64,000 bases of DNA from positions 2,418,001 through 2,482,000 of the forward strand of contig OX597828.1 in NCBI GenBank assembly GCA_951406725.2. The letters run 5' to 3'. Source of the stretch: Octopus vulgaris. Taxonomy: Eukaryota. The notes beneath the pieces were generated by a model, which had not been told where the DNA came from, did not search any database, and was given only the letters and a program-made list of their open reading frames with translations. Below are positions 12,301 to 25,620 of this stretch, in pieces. How positions within the stretch are numbered: position 1 is the first letter of the stretch; each line of letters opens with the position of its first letter. The translations under genes were made by a program, and so were the position numbers.

Positions 12301-12441
12301 AAGCTAGAAAGAAGTGTAGTACTTAGTAGACAGTGAGGGGAAGAGGACCAATTCCATAGAATTCTATATCGATTCATTTTTAGCAACCACCAATGAGTGT
12401 CACTAGCATTAACAGATTGATACTGATATTAGTAGATATTT

Positions 12442-12990
12442 GGTAATTGTTCAGTTTAGTTATATAAAAAAAAGTAAATAAAAATTAAGGGGGAAATAAG
12501 TAGTAAAAGAAGCAACGGGTCATTGGGTATTCGGTGGCATAAAGATAGCCTCAAGGAAGTGTTTTTTGGTCGAAGTACCTGACCGCACAGAAGAAACTTT
12601 AACTGAGCTGATACAAAGGTGGATTTTTGCCTAGTGTCACATAGTCAGTGATGGATGGCGAGTATATAATAACATTGCTATCCTCAATGGTGGTGCCTCC
12701 ACGCATGAGGTGATTGTACACCAACATTTTGTTAATCCTTATTATCAAGACGTCCACACACAAAATTTGGAAAATACATGGATGCGGGTGAAACAGAAGT
12801 TGAGACGACAGTTTGGGACATCGTACGAAGTGTTTGTTTCGTAGCTACATGAGTTTCTCTGGCCTAATTCCACAGAGAAAATGGAGACATTTGTTCACTT
12901 CCCGGTGCGTCGCCAAAGCTGCTTCTTTTACTACTTGTCTCCCCTTAATTTTTATTTACTTTTTTAATATAACTAAACTGCAAAATTACC
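12442..12990 (+). mobile_element. Merlin (IS1595/ISXO2-like) internally deleted transposon
   Basis: ~70-bp TIRs (ggtaatt...agtaaaagaagc / gcttcttttact...aattacc) around WVFGGI, CFLVEVPDRTEETL, IVSDGW..Y and VHTQNLENTW. Confidence 0.8.
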
Positions 12991-14004
12991 CTAATATTTT
13001 TTGCTGACAACCGAAGGACGAAAGACAAAGAAATTTTAAACTCAGAAAATAGAGGAATGTACATCAAACTATTTGATTTGGAATTACTTAAATGTTACCA
13101 CCATTCATCCAAATATAATAACTGAATACTGTAAAGGTGTTAGTTAAGTTTTCTGTTCAAGAAACACGCCATCCAACTCATTAGAATTATGTCTTTATAT
13201 TTACTATCTTGTGGATACGATGCGATCCTGGGTAAGACCAAACCTCTGGTCACCCCAAGCCACAGACTAGGAAACTACGAATCAAAGCATGAGTTTTCTA
13301 TGTAAAAAAAAAAATGTGCTTTTAAGCATTTTACAATTAATTTTCCTAGATTATCCTTTTATATTTTTGATAATAAACGAATATTTCGAATCAATTATTG
13401 AATTTTCAATGTGGAGACGTGATCTGAATACTTGCAAGAAGGTAGACAGGAGGATAGGTGGTATTAAACCGCGTCTATCACATAGGAACAGATAATGGCC
13501 TTCCATACAGTTGTAACAAAACACTCAGATAAGAAACGAGCTACGTATGAAAGTCGGCGATAGATGTACCTTACGATACTTTAAAAAAGGCAACGTTTTG
13601 TTGAAACGACGGTCTAAATCTTCGGCAATCTCCGTACAGAATTTTTATTCATTTACTTTTTCATATCCTGTTGAATGCGACATTTGCATAGAACAAAACA
13701 AAAGATGCTAGAGTAGGAAAGATCTTTGCGGACATGAAAAGGGGTGTAAATGAATCATTCTAAGTTACAATACTATTTAGTTTGCCAACACTAGCATGTG
13801 GGTAAAACAAGTTAGGATTCTGAAGATTGAGTTGTTTAGCTCCAACTTTGGTCGAGTAGACCTACGATTTAAGGTTGCACTTATTTTCTTAACTGTAAGA
13901 AGTGATTAAAGATAGATTTGGCAGTTACTCCAAGTTGATCAGGGCTTCCTTGTTTGGCTTGTAATGGTTAAATAACTTAATCATAATGTATTATTTTATT
14001 TCAG

Positions 14005-14312
14005 GATACCTACACAAGTGTAACCAACCTCCATACCTACTTTGTTTCCTCATAACTTTCAGAAAAATCTGCTGAAGTAAAGAATACGCACACCACCCGT
14101 TTTCGGAGCAACAAAAACCCTGACCCTAAAACTAACCCTAAACCCCGGGTGTGCGTATTCTTTACTTTCGCCGAAAAATCGATATTTTCATCATGAAATT
14201 TTCTACAAATTTTTTCAGAAGGTGTGGGGTAGGAGTTTCGGGTAATTCACATAAGTCAACTGTTTCCTCATAATTTTCACGCTATTCGGAGTACCACACT
14301 TCTGCAGGTATG
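14005..14312. mobile_element. MITE-like element with nested hairpin element
   Basis: Outer atacctacacaagtgt / acacttctgcaggtat; inner IR agtaaagaatacgcacacc / ggtgtgcgtattctttact enclosing aaccct repeats. Confidence 0.5.
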
Positions 14313-14562
14313 CTTTTATTTCCTTATTGTTTAGGAAAAAAAAATAACAGCAAATGAGGTATTACCCGGGTTTACTCAGGCAGATAACTATTTGTCAGTG
14401 TAGTTGTGCGCATTTAAGACACTGAGTGTAACTGATCTTGATTTACAAGACTACAACAGCACAGTAAATATTAAAAGTGTTTTGTGTTGGACTGTTTTGC
14501 TTGTTTGTTACTTGGGCCTTGCTTAAAAACTGATTATTTTTCATAGAGTAAACAAAGCTTAC

Positions 14563-14689
14563 CCTCTACTGACGAACTGGAACTATCTCCACGAGTAAGA
14601 ATAAACAAAAAGGAGAAGAAAGGAAGGAGAAGTGAGATTCGGGACCAGTTTAAGCGATAAATTCTGTCAGTTGACATTCTCAAACGCAT
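14563..14689 (-). CDS. TM2D3: TM2 domain-containing protein 3 (almondex-like), coding exon 1, signal peptide
   Basis: ATG at 14689 gives MRLRMSTDRIYRLNWSRISLLLPFFSFLFILTRGDSSSSSVE (hydrophobic signal-like segment). Ends G|gtaagc, phase 1, which matches the next exon. 127 nt; alternative in-frame ATG at 14677. Confidence 0.8.
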
Positions 14690-14868
14690 TTTAGCAACGG
14701 GGTTTCACCCCTCATTGAGGAACACTGAATGAGAAAGCGGTGTTAAAACACTAACAATCCCTCCTTGTAATATGTCCAGCTATTTTCGATATGTTCGTTA
14801 AAATCTCTTTAGATCCTACTTTAAGAGTTGAAATTGTAAATTTCAGTCAAAAGATTTTTTAACGAGTC

Positions 14869-14904
<36 letters not shown>

Positions 14905-15250
14905 GTGTGTATGTTTTTGAAACGTCAATGTGTATGCGTACTTTCAGAGAATTTAGTTACTTAACAGAATTACGTCCCTTGTAAGATTCTCCAGCCCGAA
15001 CGTAAGCTGATGAATAATATAATTTTGTAAATAGAAAAATCGTACAAATTCTGTTTGTATATTTCGTTTTTATTTTACAATTAAGGACCATAAAAGATTT
15101 GTAAGTTATGCATAAGGTAACAGATTTCGAGGCAGAGGATAGTCAGCGAACCCCAAGATTAAACAGGAGGCGAATGTAAAGGGACGCAACTGGATATGGC
15201 ATAGGCTCAATCTGCTTTCGACCAATGACTCCTAGAAGTAACATCTTATT
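14690..15250 (-). promoter_or_regulatory. Putative TM2D3 promoter/5'UTR region
   Basis: Immediately upstream of exon 1; CpG visibly less depleted at ~13.2-15.3 kb than elsewhere. No specific motif is claimed. Confidence 0.35.
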
Positions 15251-15757
15251 CAACTCTCAAAGACTAATTTAACAATCAGTTTAACATAAATAATTTCATA
15301 ATCTGTATTTTTGAGACATTCTCAGGAGAAAGTAGACTGTATGCCAATTTAATTGCATTTTTCGAACTGGAATCGGTATAAACAGTTCATTATATCATAA
15401 GACTTCTAATAAAGTGACTTGTTCAGAAAAGTTATGTGTAATTAATTTTACATAATCATTGTATAATTAACGCGTGTTAAGATGTTATAAGTAAATAATT
15501 TTACTCTATATTCTCCTATCTTGTACTGTTTATCAATACCTGACATTGTCATGAAATAAAGAATTTTCTGACTAAGCATCAGTTTTGAAGTGTAATGGAA
15601 TGTAGAAATTTTTGGGATGGTGTCTGGTGTGCTGGAAGATCGGTAAGAGTGAGGCATTTCTCAGCTTTTCAAAAAGCATGTCTCTAGGAGAAGGTCTCTG
15701 AAATAAAACTAGAATTGCATGGAATGGCATTGAACATTTTGGTTATCTTTTGCTTGT

Positions 15758-16350
15758 AATAATAATAATAATAATTGTGTACAGTGCTCAGGTGCACTAC
15801 AACTCATCTAAAGTGTATATATAATCAGGTGTAGTTTCGGCGGATTTCGGAAAGCATGAGGGCCTTAAAGGATGCAGTGTTATGGCAGTCAACAACTGAT
15901 GCAGGCAGTTTATTCCACGCTTCAGCAACTCTGAGCGTGAAAAAATGTTTCCGAAAGTCATGGGAGCTGTGTTGTTTTCTGACTTTGTAGGCATGTCCAC
16001 GTGTGTTAGACACATGGAGATCAAAAAGGTGTTCAGTGTTGTTGTTGGTGAGGTGGTTGATAACTTTGTGGGTGTTTACCAAGTCCGTCGCCAGATGCCG
16101 GAGCTTCAGTGAATCCATGCCCAGGGAAACAAGGCGCTCAGAATATGGTAGGTGTCTGATGGAGGGTATGCGTTTGGTTGCACGTCTCTGGACAGATTCC
16201 AGGAGGTCAATGTTCTGAGCAAGATAGGGGTTCCAAACTGCGAGCAGGGTACAAATTGTTGTCCTTAAATGCTCGCAGTTTATGCAACAAAATACATTTG
16301 TTCAACGCCTACGTCAGAAGTATTGACCCTGACTTCATCACTGTGTTTGA
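15758..16350 (-). mobile_element. CR1-clade LINE 3' fragment plus inverted endonuclease fragment
   Basis: WNPYLAQNIDLLESVQRRATKRI...NTRGHAYK...RKHFFTLRVAEAWNKLP with (ATT)n tail; 16241-16350 on + reads KLLSLNARSLCNK...DPDFITVFE. Confidence 0.88.
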
Positions 16351-17377
16351 GATCATGGCACTCACACATTCCTGAACCTGTGACTCATATTGGCACTAGA
16401 TATCTTGCTTCATCTTGTCTCTGGGTCATTTTAATGGGATGGAGAGAGTCTATGAGGTGTTGTGTAATCCTTATTAGACCTAAAATTTTGCACAAGCATT
16501 GTTTTGTCAGTGAAAGCCATACTAATCTATGAGTTGACAGCCATCATGTACATATGTACGTCCTCTTCTATTTTTTAAAATTATCCAAAGTCATCCTGTA
16601 AGGAAGGAGCTGGTTTTTTTAACAAAGTAACAATGCTCCATCTTTGGAATGTAGATAACAAAAACAGTGTCACATGTTGAACTTTAAAAAATGGTTTGCA
16701 TATTTTTATTGTTCCACTAACAGATTGAATTTGTAATGTGCTTCTTAGCTGGGTTGATTTCTTTTTCTGAAGACCCCAGATTGACACTTAGGCATTTACT
16801 AACAAAACCATGTGCAGCAGTTATTGAGCAGTCTGAACTGTTAGCTACCAAACAAAATGCTTGATGGCTTTTAATCTGTCTTTACGTTCTGAGGTCAAAT
16901 TCCACCGATTTTGACTTCACCTTTCATCTTTTTGGAGTCAATAAAATAAGTACCAGCTGACCTGAGGATCAGTGTAATCAACTAGACCCCTCCCTAAAAT
17001 GCCTATATTAGAAATGATTATTGGTATGAATCATCATCAGCATTTAGTGCCTATTTTCCTTACTGGCATTGGTTAAACAGTTTGACTAGAAATGGTGAAC
17101 TGGAGAGGTGTACTAGGCTCCAGTCTGATTTGGTTTGGTTTCTATGGCTGGATGCCTTTTCTAACACCAACCACTCCAACAGTGTAATGGGTGTCTTTTA
17201 CATGTCACTGGCACGAATGCCTTTTATGTGTCACTGACACTGGCCATGACTATGATTTCACTTGGCCTGACAAGTTTTCTCAAGCACAGCAAATTGCCAA
17301 AAGCCTCGATCACTTGTCATTGCCTCTGTGAGATTCAGCAACCGGAATCATGCTTCACCACCTCATCCCATATATAT

Positions 17378-18430
17378 ATACAAGGGGGTACCCAAAAGTA
17401 ACTGGAAACATTCTCTGTGGGACAAGCTTGCTGTAGTTCAGGCTTCCGCTGCTAGAAGCCATTTGATGTGACCCTCAGGCATTAGTCTACTGATCAGCAT
17501 CATCAAATGTGGTCTTGCTTCCGCATCTTTTTTTTTTTTTTTCAGTGCTTCTCTCATGTTTGCTGAGTTTTGCGATGGCTGAAATGAAAGGAACAGCATG
17601 CTCCATGAAATTCTGTTTTCTGCTGGTGAAAACAATGACTGAAAGAGTTGTCACACTTCAAACAGGTTACAAGGATGCTGCCATGAGCAAAACACAAGTT
17701 TACAAGTGGTTTTGATGCTTTAGGAATGATCCCTTGTCACTTAAAGACCAGCCTCATTGAAGCTCCTGAAGGTAAGAAAACATCATGTAAATTTGTGAAC
17801 TGATCTTAAAGAGCCATTGCCAAACAATTGGTGAATTTGTTGATATAATTGGTGTGTCCTGGAGCTCCTCCCAATGAGTTTTGAGCAAGGAATTGCAAAT
17901 GAAGAGTTGCAGCAAAATTTGTACCTCGCTTGCACACAGAAGATCAAAAGCAGTCATGACTGAATGCACATCCTGAACTGAAAGAACAGTTGGAAGTTGA
18001 TCCGGACCTTTTTCCAAACTGGTGATGAAAGCTGCTGCTACATCTACGACCTGGAAACGAAGCAGCAATCAAATCAGTGGAAGCAATCAATGTCACCACG
18101 CCCCAAAAAATCATGTGAGGTGAAATCTAATGTCAAGACAATGCTGATTTGTTTCATAGATGTGAAAGGAACTGGCCACACAGAATTTATTCCTCCTGGT
18201 CAAACTGTTAACCAGATATTTTACTTGGTAGTTCTGATGCATTTGTGATATGCAGTGGGCCGAAAACACCTTGAGCTGTGGCAAAGTGGGCAGTGGTGGT
18301 TTCATCACAACAATGCACCTGTCCACACCACCTTGAGTGTGAGTCAGTTTTTTGATCAAGAATAGCATGACCCCACTTACTCACCCTCCCTACACACCTG
18401 ATCTTGCTCCCTGTGACTTTTTTTTATATA
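17378..18430 (+). mobile_element. Mariner transposon relic
   Basis: MKFCF..MSKTQVYKWF, TGDESC.Y.YD.ETKQQS, KTMLICF, HHNNAPVH and HPPYTPDLAPCDF; stops and frameshifts. Confidence 0.9.
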
Positions 18431-18439
18431 CAGTTGCAT

Positions 18440-19250
18440 ATCTAGACATGCTCATATATATTTAAATGATAAACTTCAGGAAAGTTTTATAGATTTTTAC
18501 AGGCTTGGATCTATAGTCTTCAAATTAGCTTTCTCTTTGATTTTGAGAAGCCTAATTTCTCAAGATTGGTATTTAGGCAGTGTGTTACATATCCCAGGGT
18601 CCCACTGATTACAGGTATAAACCTGAACTTGTAATCTGGATAGGGTAACTGCAGATTTCTCAAAAGTTCAACGTAGGTATTCTCTATTTCCTTCATCTTC
18701 AGCTTTATGTTAACATCCGCTGGGCAGCTAATCTCCACAACTGTACACACCCTCTCTTCCCTAACCCAAATCCTTGTATCAAATCTGTTGTGCTTATATT
18801 TTATTGAGGTCTTCACAGGGACATTCCACCTGTACTTCTTTTTATTATGAGTGGCTATGGCTTCTACCATACTGTAGGTTCTTATTTCTTTGTCCTTGGG
18901 GTTACCTTTCCAATAGATTTCTTTATAGAGTGTCTCATCAGTAGATAATACTGTGATGACATTTTTGGACAACTGCTTATGATGTGGGTTATATCTTTGG
19001 TGTTAATTCCACAAAGTCTGCATTGGTTGTCACATTTTACTGCATCTCTGTCCCTTTTGTGCATCATGCACTTGATCTATATTTCATTTCATGGATTGCA
19101 AATGCATACCCTTCAAAGTGGAAGGTAGTAATCCAGCTATTGGTCCATGATAGACTGCTTTGATGACCAATGTTACGACCATCTTGGAGCTTTCTACTAA
19201 CATATCCATGCCTAGTCTTCTGCTCATATAGGCTCATCCTAGTTCTGAAA
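18440..19250 (-). mobile_element. RLE-type non-LTR retrotransposon (R4/Dong-like) 3' fragment
   Basis: CRLCG..DITHIISSCP zinc knuckle and KHNR.D..W.REERVCTVVEISCPAD restriction-like endonuclease motif. Confidence 0.82.
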
Positions 19251-19715
19251 TTCTGGGATATAGGAGTTTGTTCAACTAGAGCCCCTATAATGTATTATTT
19301 CAGAACTAGGATGAGCCTATATGAGCAGAAGACTAGGCATGGATATGTTAGTAGAAAGCTCCAAGATGGTAGTAACATTCTAGTTGAACAAATTCCTATA
19401 TCCCAGAAGTTATTTTTAAGTCTGATACTTATTCTGTCGCTCTCTTTTGCTGAACCACTAAGTTATAGGGATGTAAAAAAATCAAACAGTGGTGGGGGAC
19501 AAATATAGGCACAAAGGCACACACACACACTCACACACAGAGGTAAATATTACTTATGATAAGAATTTGCACCGCAACTTCCGAGTAAAACCACTCGTTA
19601 CAGTTTACTTATATTTAGTATCTCTGACGATCACTCACTCACCATTTGTTGTTTCAGTTTCCTTCTGCCAACATGACCTACAGAATGCACATTGCATTTT
19701 ATTATAGGTAAAAAG

Positions 19716-19753
<38 letters not shown>

Positions 19754-20373
19754 TTAACCATGAAATTAAACAACTAAGTATTGCCTTAGTTTTGCTTGAA
19801 ACAACATTATCCTAAAATGACCAGCAACAGGATTTGGAATTAGAATTGACCGTCGTCTGATTTTGCTTGAATGTCTTCTGCTCATTTCATTGAATCAAGT
19901 AATATATCCTTCAAACGGTATTTCTTTTTTCCTATTTATTAAAAAAATTAGCAGATTTATTGAAATAAATAAGTGAACACAGAAAAAGAAAAACAAAGAA
20001 GATAGTATAAACTATTACAATAATTTAATTCTCTACTCCTCATTCTCTGTCATTTGACACCATCAGAAGTTACATTGTTTGTGAGCCTATGCATGCTTGT
20101 GTGTGCACGCATGCGCATGTGTGTGTGTGCGCACGCATACATCTGTGAGAGCGTGTGCCCCAACTGTTGATATGTTCCTCACTCACACATTCTATATTTT
20201 TATACTTCCTATTTCCCCCAACCACTCCTCTCCCCTTTTCACTTTACTGTCCTGCCACTAGCGTGACTAACATGAAACAGCATTTTATTGTAAGACAATT
20301 GCCTCTGTGTGGGTGTGAAATTGTTAAATCTCACTTACAATAAAAATTTAGTTTCCACAAAGGACACTCTGCA

Positions 20374-21404
20374 GATAGGAGAATCTGTGATGATCTGGGG
20401 GCTATATCTTGGAAATCCGCCGGCCCAATGGTTTCCCTTCATGACAGAATAAATAGTCAAGACTATTTAAGCATTTTATCTGATCAAATTCATCCTATGG
20501 TTGCGGAACTATTTCCGGAGGGAAACGCAGTCTTTCAGGATGATAATGCACCAATTCACACAGCTAAAGTTGTTACTGAATGGTACTCTCTTTTTACTCT
20601 CTCTTTTACTTGTTTCAGTCATTTGACTGCGGCCATGCTGGAGCACTGCCTTTAATCGAGCAAATCGGCCCCGGGACTTATTCTTTGTAAGCCCAGTACT
20701 TATTCTCTTTTACTTGTTTCAGTCATTTGACTGCGGCCATGCTGGAGCACCGCCTTTAGTTGAGCAAATCGGCCCCAGGACTTATTCTTTGTAAGCCCAG
20801 TACTTATTCTATCGGTCTCTTTTGCCGAACCGCTAAGTGACGGGAACGTAAACACACCAGCATCGGTTGTCAAGCAATGCTAGAGGGACAAACACAGACA
20901 CACAAACATATACATACACATACATACATATATATACATATATACGACAGGCTTCTTTCAGTTTCCGTCTACCAAATCCACTCACAAGGTATTGGTCGGC
21001 CCGAGGCTATAGCAGAAGACACTTGCCCAAGATGCCACGCAGTGGGACTGAACCCAGAACCATGTGGTTGGTAGGCAAGCTACTTACCACACAGCCACTC
21101 CTAGTGAAGTTGAACATCTTATCTGGCCACCACAGTCCCCAGATCTCAATATTATTGAACATTTATGGTGCATTTTAGAAAAACAAGTAAGGAGTTGATA
21201 TCCTCCACCATCATCACTACAAGAACTGGAGACTGTTTTAGCTGCAGAATGGACAAAAATTCCTTTGGAAACAATTCAAACTTTGTACGAGTCCATACTT
21301 CGTAGAATTCAAGCTGTAATTACTGCCAAAGGTGGTCTTACCTCACATTAGAATAAATTTGTTTGTAATTTTAAGTTGTTTCCATTATTTTGTCCAATCC
21401 TTGT

Positions 21405-21405
<1 letters not shown>
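20374..21405 (+). mobile_element. Tc1-like transposase 3' half, split by a SINE (20585-21100)
   Basis: SVMIWGAIS, FQDDNAPIHTAK, then after the SINE WPPQSPDLNIIEHLW...RIQAVITAKGG and a TIR-like end. Confidence 0.9.
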
Positions 21406-21446
<41 letters not shown>

Positions 21447-21648
21447 GAGTGTATTTTACCTTGTTAACAATTAACACGGATAAATGAATGAATAGTTACC
21501 AGGGCAGCAAAAATCTCACAAGTAAAGATGTTGTAACTCCTTGTTTACGTTGAATATTTGAATAATATGAATAAGTATCAGTGGAATTTTCGAAACATAT
21601 GTAGAAAGTAAAAATACTTGTTTAAACCTGCGTTAACTCCATTTTTTA

Positions 21649-21684
<36 letters not shown>

Positions 21685-22776
21685 ATAAATATATACTGTC
21701 ATAATCTGAGCAGATACCATTTACTTACCTGTCGATATACTTTTATTCTATTATATATGTACCAGATCAATATATTACCTGCTATCTGTATATATATATT
21801 TGTGTGCGTGTCGGTGTACACACATATTTACATACAACACAATGATACGATACAAAGGTAAAGGGTGTGATACTTTAGACAACTTGCCAACCGTGTCAAC
21901 ATGTAACCACATACAATTCTGAGTAAAACACACAATGACTCCACGCAGTCACAATACATGTATATACACAAGCATGAAAGAGAAGCTCAAAGAAATATGA
22001 TTCCAACAATTTAGAAGGGTATGCATGCATGCGTATACACACATGTACGTTTACACATAAATACACATCAATATATCTATATACATATATGTGTGTGTAT
22101 TCTTTTACTTGTTTCAGTCATTTGACTTTGGCCATGCTGGAGCACCACCTTTAGTTGAACAAATCAGGGCCCAGAACTTATTCTTTTGCAAGCCTAGTAC
22201 TTATCCTATTGGTCTCTTTTGCTGAGCTGCTAAGTTATGGGGATGTAAACCACCAACATCAGTTGTCAAGCAATGGTGGGAGGACAAACACACACACACA
22301 TATATATACATATATATATACGACAGTCTTCTTTCAGTTTCTGTCTACCAAATACACTCACAAGGCTTTGGTCAGCCTCAGGCTGTAGTAGAAGACACTT
22401 GCCCAAGGTGCCATGCAGTGGTTGGGAAGCAAGCTTCTTACCACACACCCACTCCAGCGCCTATAAATATATGTGTGTGTGTGTGTGTATAAATATGTAT
22501 GTATGTTTATCTAATATAATAAATGTGAAAACTAATTTCTGTGTGTCAGTGTGTCACACTTTGACACTCAACCCCCTTCCTTATCCAATGACACTTCTTG
22601 TGCTGGGGTGAGAATAATAGTAGGCATGGAGACGGTGAGGGAGATGGCAAAGACAGAGAGAGGGAGAGGGAGAAAAAGAGAGACAAAGAAATCTTGAGAG
22701 AATTGATGTTTTATTTAAAGTAGTAATGTTGATGGTGGCAGTGGGAGTAATAATAAGAGAGAGAGGGAGAGTATTT

Positions 22777-23866
22777 ATCTCTTATTATAAAAGGCAGATT
22801 TTATCTGCCTCCCTTTGGGAGTTATACAAATCTACAATATAGGAGTTCTTCAATTACAATTTACCTGGCATTTTTAAGAGTACAATGCATTGCGTCATGC
22901 CAGGTCCAGTTTTTAAAATTTAAACTCCAGTTTTAAACTCACATTCTGGTGTGTGTGTCAAATGCTTTTCTTAGTCTGGTTTACAGCACACGCAAACGCA
23001 CACACACAGTGGGCAACGAATAAAATGAAAGTAATTGACTTACTGTAGTGAGTGATTCTTTCACTCTGCCTCCCACTTCCTCTTTCCACACAGACACGCA
23101 AATATATAAATAAAATTGTAAGCTAACGTGCGTGTGTGTGAGTGGGTGTGTGTGGGTGTGCGCGCGTGTGTGTGTGTGAGGGTGCGTGTGTGTGTGTGTG
23201 TGTGTGTGCGTGTGCGTGAGTGTGTGACAGGAAAGTTTTTTTACTACGAATATAACACCTATATCCAAGTAGCAGAAAGATAAGACAGTAAGGTGTGATT
23301 TGAGGGAGATTTGGCTGCTATTTCTACCATGTCTTGCTGCCATGTAGGGGTCTCCCTCATAGGCTCATACATACATATATACATAGATAAGACAGTAAGG
23401 TGTGATTTGGGGGAAATTTGGCTGCTATTTCTACCAGGTCTAGCTGCCATGTAGGGGTCTCCCTCATAGGCTCATACATACATATATACATAGATAAGAC
23501 AGTAAGGTGTGATTTGGGGGAAATTTGGCTGCTATTTCTACCAGGTCTAGCTACCATGTAGAGGTCCCCCTCATTGGCTCATATATATATACATACATAA
23601 GACAGTAAGGTGTGATTTGAGGGAGATTTGGCTGCTGTTTCTACCAGGTCTGTTAGGCCTTCTCATGTAAACTCAAGCTTTCTCATGCCTTCAACATATG
23701 ACCAAAGCAGAGAATGTATTCTTTTATTCTTCTGCTTTTTCCAGCCATTGGTCTGTGGCCATGCTGGGGCAATGCCTTGAAGAATTGTAGTTTAATGAAT
23801 CAACTCCAGTTTTATTTTTGTAAGCATTGTACTTATTCTATCTGTTTCCTTTGTCAAACCACTAAT
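22777..23866 (+). repeat. ~1-kb duplicated block (Helitron-like 5' end plus ~107-bp minisatellite)
   Basis: Starts tctcttattataaaaggcaga; near-identical copy at 25678-26650 and partial copy at 23866-24135; 4 versus 3 minisatellite units. Confidence 0.85.
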
Positions 23867-24308
23867 CTCTTATTATAAAAGGCAGATTTTATCTGCCTCC
23901 CTTTGGGAGTTATACAAATCTACAATATAGGATTTCTTCAATTACAATTTACCTAGCATTTTTGAGAGTACAATGCATCGCGTCATGCCAGGTCCAGTTT
24001 TTAAAATTTAAACTCCAATTAAGCAAAATTTACAGAAAACTCACATTCTGGTGTGTGTGTCAAATGCTTTTCTTAGTCTGGTTTACACCACACGCAAACG
24101 CACACACACAGTGGGCAACGAATAAAATGAAAGTAAATAGACAGTGATTTGAGGAAGACTAAAGTGAAAGTATTCTGTCTATGACGATGATAGATACATG
24201 AGTAAAATGTATGGGAAGCTAAGAGCTAAGAGTGAATGAAAATGTTCTTGGAAGAGAGTAATTAGTAATAAAGTAAACATACACTCATACATACATACAT
24301 ATATACAT

Positions 24309-24341
<33 letters not shown>

Positions 24342-24599
24342 TACATACACACACACATACATACACACATACATACATATACATACATACATTCATATAC
24401 ATACATACATACACACACACACATACACACACACACAGTATTGAAGCTTGAGAACAATCAGATACATTTGCAACACATCTGTTGAAAATATTATTGTTCA
24501 CATACATACATATACATATATACATACAGACAGACAGACAGATAGACACACACACACATGATCCAGCATGGCCACAACCTCAAGGCTGAAACATATAAA

Positions 24600-24970
24600 A
24601 GAATAACAGAATATAAATGTGTGCAAAGTACAAGAAATATTTATGCAGTATATGGGGATTGGACAATAAGCGTAAGGCAGTGTCAATGGTGGTTCCAGAA
24701 ATCCCGAGCCATAAACTACAGCCTAGAAGACGAGCCTCATCCTGAAAGATCTGTAGAACTCGACAAGGACATCCTGAAAACCCTGGTGGAACAAAATATC
24801 ATCGTAACTGTTGAGGAACTAGCAGAGAAGCTTGGATTTGGTCATTCAACCATTCATTGACACCTGTGTGCTATCGGAAAAGTCAGCAAATTGGGTCAAT
24901 GGGTTCCTCACGAACTTTCCGAGTCTAATTGCATGCAGAGAGTGAATGTATGCTTTTCTTTGCTGTCATA
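24600..24970 (+). mobile_element. Mariner (Hsmar1/SETMAR-like) N-terminal fragment
   Basis: RNIYAVYG..TISVRQCQWWF..SLEDEP..TVEELAEKL..LGQWVPHEL. Confidence 0.85.
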
Positions 24971-24995
24971 TCTCACCACTACTGCGCTATGTATA

Positions 24996-25620
24996 TCTAT
25001 ATATATAAAACTGTAGTTGTGTGAGTGTCTGTCCCCTTCGATTTAGATTCCTAACTACTCCCACATTTTGCGGTACAGTTTAACCAAATTCGGGTAGCTT
25101 ATAGTCGTGATTCATATCGAGCCCGTCTGAATATTAGCGCGCGTCTACGATGAGTCGACGATTTTAAAAATAATTTACCATCATTTTTTATTCCATTTTA
25201 ATGCATAATTTTTCGTGTGTCGATGGCGGCGGAGTTGGCGTCCACGCTCACACCTGCACCTGTGGGGAAGGGAGTGTAAGGAAATCAACGTCGTAATGCG
25301 TTGTCAAGGAGACCAGTGTTCTTTTAGAACAACGACTTCATGGCTTGAAGACACCAAAACAGAAATGGCTAAGAAAGCGTCTACATGAGTCTACGATTTT
25401 AAAAAAAATTTACCATCGTTTTTTTTCCATTTTAATGCATTTTTTCGCTATTATATAAGGGAAGTAACTCTCTAAAAATGTCTACGATGAGTCAACGATT
25501 TAAAAAAATTTACCATCATATTTTTTCCATTTTTAATGCATTTTTTGGCTATAACTCTCTAAAAATGCTTATATAGTTATTTCCCTTACAAACCCGAGCA
25601 ACGCCGGGCGATACTGCTAG
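24996..25620 (+). mobile_element. Non-autonomous Helitron
   Basis: A|TC 5' end, 3' hairpin cccgagcaacgccggg, CTAG|T end, no TSD. Confidence 0.88.

Noticed and set aside
13661-13735. Signal-peptide-like minus ORF MSAKIFPTLASFVLFYANVAFNRI as TM2D3 exon 1
   Set aside because: Stops before any donor site; 14563-14689 has a proper donor and matching phase.
21020-21100. tRNA-like A/B box sequence
   Set aside because: Head of a multi-copy SINE, with no full cloverleaf; not a tRNA gene.
23279-23650. Regularly spaced repeats resembling a CRISPR array
   Set aside because: The units are near-identical throughout (no unique spacers); eukaryotic minisatellite, no cas genes.
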